Assembly: GCA_030040495.1 (NCBI GenBank)
Contig: JASHTP010000250.1
Coordinates: forward strand, 1 to 36,894
Reading direction: 5' to 3'
DNA length: 36,894 bases
Source: Alphaproteobacteria bacterium
Lineage (GTDB): Bacteria > Pseudomonadota > Alphaproteobacteria > ATCC43930 > CGMCC-115725
The notes beneath the pieces are model-generated. The model did no database searches and had not been told where the DNA came from. It worked only from the letters and a program-made list of their open reading frames with translations. A program made the position numbers and the translations under genes. Positions 8,630 to 16,201 of this stretch are shown one piece after another (position 1 is the first letter of the stretch; each line of letters begins with the position of its first letter).

Positions 8630-9508
8630 ATGAAGACCGGCATCATCGGCGTCGGCATCATGGGCTCGGCCATCGCCCGCAACCTCATCGCCGCGGGCTT
8701 CCCGGTGATCGGCTTCGACATCGCGCCCGAGCGCCGGAACGAGCTCGCCGCCATGGGCGGCGCGGCGGCGCGCGACGCGGCCGAGGTCGCCGCATCCGCC
8801 GACGTCATCCTGACCAGCCTGCCTTCGATCGCCGCGCTCGACGAGACCGCGGCGGCGGTCCGCGGCGCGGCGCGCAAGGGCACGATCGTCGCCGAGCTCA
8901 GCACGCTGCCGATCGAGGTCAAGGAGCGCAACCACGCGGTGCTCGCGGAAGCCGGTGTCACCCTCCTCGACTGCCCCTTGAGCGGCACCGGCGCCCAGGC
9001 GGTCAACCGCGACCTCGTCGTCTTCGCCTCGGGCGAGCGCGACGCGGTCGAGCGCTGCGCCAAGATCTTCGCCGGCTTCGCGCGGCTGACGCAGTATCTC
9101 GGCGCCTTCGGCAACGGCAGCAAGATGAAGTTCGTCGCCAATCTGCTCGTCGCCATCCACAACGTCGCCACCGCCGAGGCGATGGTGCTCGGGTTGAAGG
9201 CGGGCCTCGCGGCCGACGACATCGTCAGGGTCGTCGCCAGCGGCGCCGGCAACTCGCGCGTCTTCGAGCTGCGGGCGCCGCTGATGGCGAAGAACGCCTA
9301 TCGGCCGGCGACGATGAAGATCGACATCTGGCAGAAGGACATGGCCGTCATCGGCGATTTCGCCAAGCGCCTCGGCGTGGCGCTCCCCACCTTCGCCGCC
9401 ACCGTGCCGGTCTACAACGCGGCGATCGGCTCCGGCCATGGCGACGAGGACACCGCCGCCGTCTGCGCCGTGCTCGAAGCGATGGCGGGCGTCCGGCGCA
9501 ATGCGTAG
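8630..9508 (+). CDS. NAD(P)-dependent beta-hydroxyacid dehydrogenase (3-hydroxyisobutyrate dehydrogenase family)
   Basis: Uses the internal ATG at 8630 with SD GGAGAGCGGAGG upstream. Starts MKTGIIGVGIMGSAIARNL (a GxGxxG fold) and has the catalytic-Lys segment GNGSKMKFVANLL. 292 aa. Confidence 0.9.
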   Translation: MKTGIIGVGIMGSAIARNLIAAGFPVIGFDIAPERRNELAAMGGAAARDAAEVAASADVILTSLPSIAALDETAAAVRGAARKGTIVAELSTLPIEVKERNHAVLAEAGVTLLDCPLSGTGAQAVNRDLVVFASGERDAVERCAKIFAGFARLTQYLGAFGNGSKMKFVANLLVAIHNVATAEAMVLGLKAGLAADDIVRVVASGAGNSRVFELRAPLMAKNAYRPATMKIDIWQKDMAVIGDFAKRLGVALPTFAATVPVYNAAIGSGHGDEDTAAVCAVLEAMAGVRRNA

Positions 9509-9529
9509 CGTTGTCGCCGGCGCGCGTCA

Positions 9530-9570
9530 GCGGTTGCGCTTGCAACCGCGGAAGCCCGCACAGTGCGGGC
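9530..9570 (+). terminator. Two tandem GC-rich hairpins after the dehydrogenase gene; possible terminator or processing site
   Basis: GCGGTTGC-GCTT-GCAACCGC at 9530-9549 and GCCCGCA-CAG-TGCGGGC at 9554-9570. There is no clean U-tract directly after them; TTTTT lies 20 nt downstream. Confidence 0.35.
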
Positions 9571-9661
9571 AATTCTCCGCGTTCTAGGATTTTTGCCCCA
9601 CTCCGCTGAGCCCTTCGCCAAGCCCTCCCTTCGCCCTATGATGCCCTCACAGGGAGGCAGC

Positions 9662-10441
9662 ATGGGCAATCGGTTCGATCTCGCCGGCAAGGTCGCCATC
9701 GTCACCGGCGGCAATGGGGGCATCGGGCTCGGCATGGCCGAGGCCTTGGCCGAGGCGGGCTGCGCCGTCCAGATCTGGGGCCGCAACGCCGAGAAGAACG
9801 CGCGGGCGCTCGAGATCTTGCGCGGCAAGGGCCGCGCCGAGGCGGCGGTGTGCGACGTCAGCGATGCCAAATCGGTCGAGGCGGCCATGGCCAAGACGCT
9901 CGCGGCCTTCGGCCGCGTCGATGGCTGCTTCGCCAATGCCGGCATCGGCGGCGGCGGACGGCGCTCGTTTATCGAGCGGCCGCTGGAGGAATGGCGTCAG
10001 CTTCTCGCGACCAACCTCGACGGCGCTTTCCTCACCTTGCAGGCGGCGGCGCGGCACATGGTCGAGCGCGCCGAGCGGGGCGATGCCTTCGGCCGCCTCG
10101 TCGTCACCTCGAGCATCGCCTCGGTCTTCGGCACCGCGCGCAACGAGCACTACGCCGCAAGCAAGGCGGCGCTCAACGCGCTGACGCGCGCGCTCGCCGT
10201 CGAGCTGGCGCGCCATGGCATCACCGCCAACGCCATCCTGCCCGGCTGGATCAAGAGCGAGATGACCGAAGGGATCATGGCCAACGACAAGTTCGTCGGC
10301 GCGGTGATGCCGCGCATCCCGATGCGCCGCTTCGGCGAGCCCGCGGATTTCGGCGGCATCGCCGTCTATCTCATGAGCAACGCCTCGTCCTATCACACCG
10401 GCGATCTCTTCATGATCGACGGCGGCTACGCGCTGTTCTGA
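9662..10441 (+). CDS. SDR family oxidoreductase (classical short-chain dehydrogenase)
   Basis: Uses the internal ATG at 9662 with SD AGGGAGG upstream. Contains TGGNGGIG, NAG and the YAASK catalytic motif. 259 aa. Confidence 0.92.
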   Translation: MGNRFDLAGKVAIVTGGNGGIGLGMAEALAEAGCAVQIWGRNAEKNARALEILRGKGRAEAAVCDVSDAKSVEAAMAKTLAAFGRVDGCFANAGIGGGGRRSFIERPLEEWRQLLATNLDGAFLTLQAAARHMVERAERGDAFGRLVVTSSIASVFGTARNEHYAASKAALNALTRALAVELARHGITANAILPGWIKSEMTEGIMANDKFVGAVMPRIPMRRFGEPADFGGIAVYLMSNASSYHTGDLFMIDGGYALF

Positions 10442-10442
10442 C

Positions 10443-11762
10443 GTGGCGGGCGCGATGGGCACCGCCGGAACGACCGCCGGCGCGGCGGGCCTCTGGCCCG
10501 AGGATCCCGCGGCACTGCGCGACCTCGCGCTTGCCTTCAACCTGAAGCGGCTGGAGCGGCGCTTCCTCGACGATCCCTATCCGCTCTACCGCGCGCTGCG
10601 CGAGCACGACCCGGTCCATCGCATGCCGGACGGCTCCTGGTTCCTGTCGCGCTACGACGACTGCATGGCCGTCTATCGCGACGCCGAGACCTGGAGCTCG
10701 GACAAGAAGATCGATTTCCGGCCGAATTTCGGTGAGAGCCTGCTCTACGAGCATCACACGACGAGCCTCGTCTTCAACGACCCGCCCTATCACGCGCGCG
10801 TGCGAAGGCTGCTGGCGCCGGCCTTCGCGCCGCGCGCGCTCAGAGCGCTGCAGCCGCGCGTCGAGTCACTGGTCGACCGGCTCCTCGACGGCATCGCGGC
10901 GCGCGGGCGCTTCGATCTGATCGACGATTTTGCCTCGGCGATCCCGGTGCAGCTCATCGGCGACATGCTCGGCGTGCCCGCGGCCGAGCGCGGCCCGTTG
11001 CGCGGCTGGTCGCTCGCCATCCTGGGCGCGCTCGAGCCGGTGCTGTCGGCCGAGCAGCGCCGACGTGGCATCGCCGCGGTCGCCGAGTTCAAGGAATATC
11101 TCACCGACCTCGTCGCCCGGCGACTGCGCGAGCCGAGCAACGAGGAGGGCGAGATCCTGTCGACCCTCATCGCCGCCAGCGACTTCGCCGGAGTGAACGG
11201 CGGCGAGCGGCTGAGCCGGCTCGAGCTGCTGCACAATTGCATCTTCCTGCTGAATGCCGGCCACGAGACCACCACCAACCTCATCGGCAACGGCATCGAC
11301 CTGCTGCTCGGCCACCCCGACGCGTTGGCGGCGCTCGGCCGCGAACCGCTGCTCATCGACGGCGCGGTTGAGGAGTTCCTGCGGCTGGAAAGCTCGAACC
11401 AGCTCGGCAACCGGCGCGCGCTCCGGGACACGGTGCTGGGCGGCGTCGCCCTGCCGCCCGGCAGCTATGTCCATATTGGCATCGGCGCCGCCAACCGCGA
11501 CCCCGCGCAGTTCCCCGATCCCGACCGGCTCGATCTCCGCCGCCAGCCGAACCGCCACCTGGCCTTCGCCACCGGCATCCATGCCTGTGCCGGCATGTCG
11601 CTCGCGCGCATGGAGGCCGCGGTCGCGATCGGCCGTTTCGTGCGGCGCTTTCCCGCGTTCGAGCGCGACGGCGCGCCGGTCCGCGGCGGCCGCGCCCGGT
11701 TTCGTGGCTTCCTGCGCTATCCGCTGCGGATCGGCGGGACGGGCGCTAGCGCTCGGCCTTGA
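10443..11762 (+). CDS. Cytochrome P450
   Basis: I-helix AGHETT, EEFLR (ExxR) and the haem-binding loop FATGIHACAGMSLA. The GTG at 10443 lies 1 nt after the SDR stop; an alternative ATG is at 10455. Confidence 0.93.
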   Translation: MAGAMGTAGTTAGAAGLWPEDPAALRDLALAFNLKRLERRFLDDPYPLYRALREHDPVHRMPDGSWFLSRYDDCMAVYRDAETWSSDKKIDFRPNFGESLLYEHHTTSLVFNDPPYHARVRRLLAPAFAPRALRALQPRVESLVDRLLDGIAARGRFDLIDDFASAIPVQLIGDMLGVPAAERGPLRGWSLAILGALEPVLSAEQRRRGIAAVAEFKEYLTDLVARRLREPSNEEGEILSTLIAASDFAGVNGGERLSRLELLHNCIFLLNAGHETTTNLIGNGIDLLLGHPDALAALGREPLLIDGAVEEFLRLESSNQLGNRRALRDTVLGGVALPPGSYVHIGIGAANRDPAQFPDPDRLDLRRQPNRHLAFATGIHACAGMSLARMEAAVAIGRFVRRFPAFERDGAPVRGGRARFRGFLRYPLRIGGTGASARP

Positions 11763-13227
11763 TCGCGTTTTCGGCGTCCTGCTCCAGATCCTGGGCACGG
11801 AGCGCGCCGGGCGAGCCGAAGGGAAAGCGCCCCGCCACGTAGTGCGCCTGGCCCTTGGCCTCCTTGTAGCGGCCCTCGGCGAAGGCCTGCTCGGCAGTGT
11901 AGAGGATCGCCTCGTTCTCCTTGCCTTCGCGGCCGTAAATCGTCGCCATCAGACGCCAAGTGAGCGGATTGTCCGAATCCTTGTCGGCGGAGTCGGTGAG
12001 CGCATCGAGCGCCTGCCGATCGTACCGGCCGTCGCCCGCCTCGACCATGGTCTGGGCCATCTCGGTCTCGATCAGCGCGTTGCGCGGCAACAGCTGATTG
12101 GCCCGCTGATAGGGGGCTACGGACTCGGCGACGTGGCCGGCCTCGAACAGGAACTGGCCCTTCAGCTCTTGGAAGAAGGGATCGTCGGGCGCCCCCGCGA
12201 TCAGCCCGTCGACCAGCTTCATCGCCTCGGCTTCGTTGCTCATGCGGTGATAGGCGATGGCGCGGGCATAGCGCGCCGCGACGCTGTTGTCGGTCTCCGG
12301 ATATTTCTCGAACACGTCGCTCGTCGGCGCGAGAAATCCCACCAGCTTCGCGATCATGCGCGAATGCTGTTCCTTGTAGGTCGCCGGCTCCCGCGCATCG
12401 GCGAATTTCGAGGTGGAGACGTCGTGTTGCAGCGCGTCGATGCGATCCTGGGTGAGCGGATGGGTCATCAGGTAGGGCACCTCGTGGATGCCGAGCGCGT
12501 TTTCGTCGCCCTGGAGCTTCTGCATGAATTGCAGCAGCCCGCGCGGCGACTGGCCGGTATCGTTGAGGAAGATCGTCGCCGCCTTGTCCGCCGCGCCCTC
12601 CTGGCCGCGGCTGAAGGAGAGGAAGTTGCGCTCGGCATAGCTCTGGCCGGCGGCCATGCCCGCCACGGCGGGGCTTCCGCTGTGGGTGGCGACGCCGGCC
12701 GCGGCGCCGGCGATCATGCCGATGACCTGGGCGATCTGCGCCTTCTTGATCGCATCGCTCAGGCGCGCGAGATCGCCGCCATAGACGTGGCCGGTCTCGT
12801 GCGCCATCACCCCGATCACCTGGTTGGCATTGTCCGAGCGGGTGAGCAGGCCGGTATAGACGAAGATGTTCTGCCCGCCGGCGACGAACGAATTGATCTG
12901 GTCGTCGGCGATCAGGATGATGTGCATGGCATCGGGGTCGAGGCCCGCCGCCTTCCACACCGGCATCTCCCATTGGCGCAGATCCTGCTCGATCTCGGCG
13001 TCGCGAATCTGGCTGATTCCGGGGCTGCCGGTCTCGCTCTGCGCGCGCGCGGCAGCGCCGGTGCCGGCGAGCAGGCCGAGCGCGGCGAACACCGCCAGCA
13101 GCCGCGACAGCGGCGGCCTCCGCGCGGATGCCGCCGCTCCGTCCGTCCGACGCCGCGGTCTCGTCTCGGGGGCCGAAGCGCGACCGATGAATATCGTCCC
13201 GTCGCCCCGGCGCAGCCTGCGGTTCAT
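11746..13227 (-). CDS. M48 family zinc metalloprotease with a C-terminal TPR-like region (BepA/YfgC-like), exported
   Basis: HETGH zinc motif and the signal-like segment LLAVFAALGLLAGTGAAARA. The ATG at 13227 has SD AGGAGA 9 nt upstream. The track start at 13263 would overlap the upstream gene. Confidence 0.88.
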   Translation of the reverse strand: MNRRLRRGDGTIFIGRASAPETRPRRRTDGAAASARRPPLSRLLAVFAALGLLAGTGAAARAQSETGSPGISQIRDAEIEQDLRQWEMPVWKAAGLDPDAMHIILIADDQINSFVAGGQNIFVYTGLLTRSDNANQVIGVMAHETGHVYGGDLARLSDAIKKAQIAQVIGMIAGAAAGVATHSGSPAVAGMAAGQSYAERNFLSFSRGQEGAADKAATIFLNDTGQSPRGLLQFMQKLQGDENALGIHEVPYLMTHPLTQDRIDALQHDVSTSKFADAREPATYKEQHSRMIAKLVGFLAPTSDVFEKYPETDNSVAARYARAIAYHRMSNEAEAMKLVDGLIAGAPDDPFFQELKGQFLFEAGHVAESVAPYQRANQLLPRNALIETEMAQTMVEAGDGRYDRQALDALTDSADKDSDNPLTWRLMATIYGREGKENEAILYTAEQAFAEGRYKEAKGQAHYVAGRFPFGSPGALRAQDLEQDAENAIKAER

Positions 13228-13240
13228 CCTTGCGGTTCTC

Positions 13241-13936
13241 CTAGTCGATGCAAAGCTTGACATCGGCGCCCACGGGTCCGGCGGCGCATTTTCCTCGACC
13301 GGGCGCGCTCACGGCGGGCTTCGGCGCGTGCGTCAGCAGCGGCAGGGGCACGAGATCGCGCGTCAATGCCGCATTCTCCTCCTGGTCGGTCTTGTTGACC
13401 AGATCCCACAGCTTGAGCTGCGTCGCCGCCTGCGCGCGCGCGTCGGAAGGGTCGGGCACGTGCGCGAGCAGCTGCGCGATCTCGCCGCGGATGCGATCGA
13501 GGTCCTTCGTATCGGTTTCCCCGTTGCCCATCACCACCGTTGGCGCGCCGATGCAGATCTCCACCGTCCGGTCCGTCAGGTTCCGCAGCCGGAGCCGCTG
13601 ATCATTGCCGCGGCCTTCGATCCGGACGACCTGCTGCGCCAGCGCTTGCGCCAGCGTGAGCGACGCCGTGCCGCCGCTCCTGACTGTCGCGTGGTCGAGC
13701 GACGCCGAGACGTTCGACAGGATCGCGCCCTCGGGCGGCGGCGCGCGCGACTGGTCGAGGCAGTAGGCCGCGGCGTCGCTGTAGCCGCCGGGCGCGAGCA
13801 CGAAGCACCCCGCCGGAGCCAGCACCATCCGCTGCAGACCGGCACCGGCCGCGGGCATCGGCAGGCTCGCGACGACCGCGAGGACCACGATCGTGAACCG
13901 CCATCGCCGTCGCCGCCTCTCTTCGGCGCTCGTCAT
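13241..13936 (-). CDS. Exported hypothetical protein, 231 aa, no family recognised
   Basis: Uses the internal ATG at 13936 of track ORF 13241..14059. The N-terminus MTSAEERRRRRWRFTIVVLAVVASLPMPAAGAG has a positive n-region followed by a hydrophobic h-region. Five Cys. Stops 13 nt before the M48 start. The frame has a high third-position GC bias. Confidence 0.6.
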   Translation of the reverse strand: MTSAEERRRRRWRFTIVVLAVVASLPMPAAGAGLQRMVLAPAGCFVLAPGGYSDAAAYCLDQSRAPPPEGAILSNVSASLDHATVRSGGTASLTLAQALAQQVVRIEGRGNDQRLRLRNLTDRTVEICIGAPTVVMGNGETDTKDLDRIRGEIAQLLAHVPDPSDARAQAATQLKLWDLVNKTDQEENAALTRDLVPLPLLTHAPKPAVSAPGRGKCAAGPVGADVKLCID

Positions 13937-14010
13937 CTTGTCGCGGCGGAAGACATCGCCATGCCTCGTCGCAGGCGCAGCTCGAAGGTTCGCGGGTCTG
14001 AAGGCCCGCT

Positions 14011-14316
14011 CTACTGGACGTAACGCGTCGCGATGATCGGGCAACCGCAGATCGGGCAATAGGCCGTTTCCGTCAGCAGCGTGCCCGGCGCGCCCGTGCG
14101 TGCGAGCAGCTCGCGCATCAGCGTGGCGCGGATCTGGTCATGCTCGGCATTGACGCTGCAGTGGTTCTGGATCTCGAGCGCGAGGCGGCTCGTCGGGCGC
14201 AGGCGCTGGACCTCGAAGGCCGCCGCCGAAGAGCCCCCGGAGAGCAGCGCCGCTACGCCGCCAAAGCTCGCCGTGCTCAACAGAAACGCCCGCCGATTCA
14301 GTGACTTGGTATTCAT
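14011..14316 (-). CDS. Tat-signal Cys-rich miniprotein, 101 aa, no family recognised
   Basis: ATG at 14316 with SD GAGGG upstream. Twin-arginine motif NRRAFLL, an h-region, and AAA as a likely cleavage site. The mature ~70 aa contains HCSVNAEHD and C-terminal CPICGC. Confidence 0.6.
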   Translation of the reverse strand: MNTKSLNRRAFLLSTASFGGVAALLSGGSSAAAFEVQRLRPTSRLALEIQNHCSVNAEHDQIRATLMRELLARTGAPGTLLTETAYCPICGCPIIATRYVQ

Positions 14317-14470
14317 GGAACCCTCGCACCGGGAACTCCCCCCGAGCTTCGTTGCAGTGTACAACCTTTAAAACCGCGCCGGCAAGGGCGGCGGCCGCGA
14401 CGGACTGCGACCGGGTGCCGCGCGGGGCGTCGCGGCCGCCATCGCCCCGCGCCCCCGCCGAGATCGAGGT

Positions 14471-14508
14471 TTGGCAGAATGCGCCGTAACGATATAACAT
14501 AACATTCG
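14471..14508 (+). promoter_or_regulatory. Sigma70-like promoter of the metal ABC operon, overlapped by an AT-rich Fur-family (Zur/Mur-type) operator candidate
   Basis: -35 TTGGCA (14471-76), a 16-nt spacer, then -10 TATAAC (14493-98). An imperfect inverted repeat AACGATAT-AAC-ATAACATT (14488-14506) covers the -10. This is the only AT-rich patch in the 227-nt divergent region. Confidence 0.5.
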
Positions 14509-14543
14509 ATGGGCGCCCGTCGCCCGGCCGAGGAAAGGTGGCG

Positions 14544-15410
14544 ATGCGCGGCGTCCTGGCTTTCGTGGTGGCGAGCGGCCTGGGTCTCGCAGCGGCGCCG
14601 GCGGCGCCGATCAGCATCGTCGCGGCGGAAAACTTCTATGGCGACGTCGCCGAGCAGCTCGGCGGCGGCACGGTCGAGGTCGCCAGCATCCTGACCAACC
14701 CCGACCAGGATCCGCATCTCTTCGAGGCGAGCGCGTCGACGGCGCGGGCCATCGCCGGCGCGGGCATCGTCATCTTCAATGGCGCCGACTACGATCCCTG
14801 GATGGTCAAGCTGCTGTCCGCCTCGTCCGCCGCCGGCCGCGAGGTGATCGAGGTCGCGACGCTGGTGCACAGCAGGGCCGGCGACGATCCGCATCTCTGG
14901 TACGATCCCGGCACCATGCCGGTGCTGGCCAGAGCGCTGGCGGCCGCGCTCGTCAAGCGCGATCCCGCCCGCCGCGCGGCCTACGAGGCGAGGCTCGCCC
15001 GCTTCGAGGCGTCGCTCGCGCCGCTGAACGACGCGGTCGCGCGCCTCAGGCTGGCCTACGCGGGCACCCCGGTCACGGCGACCGAGCCAGTCTTCGGCTA
15101 CATGGCGGCGGCGCTCGGCCTCGAGATGCGCAACCGGCGCTTCCAGCTCGCCATCATGAACAATACCGAGCCCGGCGCCGCGGAGATCGCCGCCTTCCAG
15201 AACGACCTCCGGACCCGCGCCGTCAAGGCGCTGCTCTACAACGTCCAGACCAGCGCGGCCCTGACCGAGAGGATGAAGGCGCTCGCCCGGCGGTCCGGCG
15301 TGCCGGTGGTCGGCGTCAGCGAGACCGAGCCGGCCGGCACGACCTACCAGGCCTGGATGCTGTCCGAGCTCGCCGCGCTCGAGCGGGCGCTCTCCGGCAA
15401 GCCGCCATGA
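14544..15410 (+). CDS. Metal (Zn/Mn-type) ABC transporter substrate-binding protein, cluster A-I TroA/ZnuA family
   Basis: ATG at 14544 with SD GAGGAAAGG; the track GTG at 14538 has no room for an SD. Contains DPHLFE and DDPHLWYDP motifs and a signal peptide. No His-rich loop. Confidence 0.88.
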   Translation: MRGVLAFVVASGLGLAAAPAAPISIVAAENFYGDVAEQLGGGTVEVASILTNPDQDPHLFEASASTARAIAGAGIVIFNGADYDPWMVKLLSASSAAGREVIEVATLVHSRAGDDPHLWYDPGTMPVLARALAAALVKRDPARRAAYEARLARFEASLAPLNDAVARLRLAYAGTPVTATEPVFGYMAAALGLEMRNRRFQLAIMNNTEPGAAEIAAFQNDLRTRAVKALLYNVQTSAALTERMKALARRSGVPVVGVSETEPAGTTYQAWMLSELAALERALSGKPP

Positions 15411-16201
15411 CCGCCATCGAGCTCGACCGGCTGACGCTGCGGCGCGGCGAGCGCACCGTGCTCGCCGGCGTCGACGCCACCATCGACGAGGGCGAGTTCA
15501 TCGGCGTCTTCGGTCCCAACGGCTCCGGCAAGACGAGCCTGCTGCAGGCGCTGCTCGGCCTGTTGCGGCCGGCGGCGGGCGCGATCCGCCTCTTCGGCCG
15601 CCCGCCGATGCATGGCAGCCCGATCTGCGGCTACCTGCCGCAACGGCGATCCGCGCTCGCGGATCTGCGCCTGCGCGGCTGGGACATCGTCGCCAGCGCC
15701 GTCAACGGCTACCGCTGGGGCTTGCCGATCCTCGGCGCCGAAGGCAGGCGCGAGGTCGCCTGGGCGCTCGCGACGGTCGAGGCGGACGAGCTCGCGCGGC
15801 GGCCGATCCAGCAGCTCTCGGGCGGCGAAGTGCAGCGCCTCCTGCTGGCGCAGGCGCTCCTCGGCAAGCCCCGGCTGCTGCTGCTCGACGAGCCGCTCAT
15901 CAGCCTCGATCCGCACTATCAGCAGTCGGTGGTCGAGCTGGTGAAGCGCGTGCAGAGGACGCTCGGCATGACCGTGCTGTTCACCGCTCACGAGATCAAC
16001 CCGCTGCTCGGCGCGATGGACCGCGTGCTCTATCTCGGGCACGGCCGCGCCATGCTCGGGACGGTGGACGAGGTGATGACCAGCGAGGTCCTGTCGCGGC
16101 TCTACGACACGCCCATCGACGTACTCCACGTCAAAGGCAGGATCATCGTCGTCGCGGCACATGGCGAGGTGGAGGCCGATGCCCATCGCCACGATGCTTG
16201 A
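15407..16201 (+). CDS. Metal ABC transporter ATP-binding protein (ZnuC/TroB-like)
   Basis: Walker A GPNGSGKTS, signature LSGGEVQR and Walker B LLLLDEPL. ATGA overlap with the binding-protein gene. Confidence 0.92.
   Translation: MTAIELDRLTLRRGERTVLAGVDATIDEGEFIGVFGPNGSGKTSLLQALLGLLRPAAGAIRLFGRPPMHGSPICGYLPQRRSALADLRLRGWDIVASAVNGYRWGLPILGAEGRREVAWALATVEADELARRPIQQLSGGEVQRLLLAQALLGKPRLLLLDEPLISLDPHYQQSVVELVKRVQRTLGMTVLFTAHEINPLLGAMDRVLYLGHGRAMLGTVDEVMTSEVLSRLYDTPIDVLHVKGRIIVVAAHGEVEADAHRHDA

Noticed and set aside
7864-9252. 462-aa minus-strand ORF antisense to the TetR and dehydrogenase genes
   Set aside because: It has no motifs, and the plus-strand genes carry clear HTH and GxGxxG signatures. 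It is a shadow ORF.
11254-13260. 668-aa plus-strand ORF overlapping the P450 3' half (out of frame) and antisense to the M48 protease
   Set aside because: The P450 haem loop and the HETGH protease motif are in the other frame and on the other strand respectively. The composition is low-complexity.
14011-14316. The Tat-exported four-Cys miniprotein could be a HiPIP-type 4Fe-4S protein
   Set aside because: The Cys spacing (C-x42-C-x2-C-x-C) does not fit the HiPIP pattern (C-x2-C-x~16-C-x~13-C), and the aromatic G-[YW]-C signature is absent.
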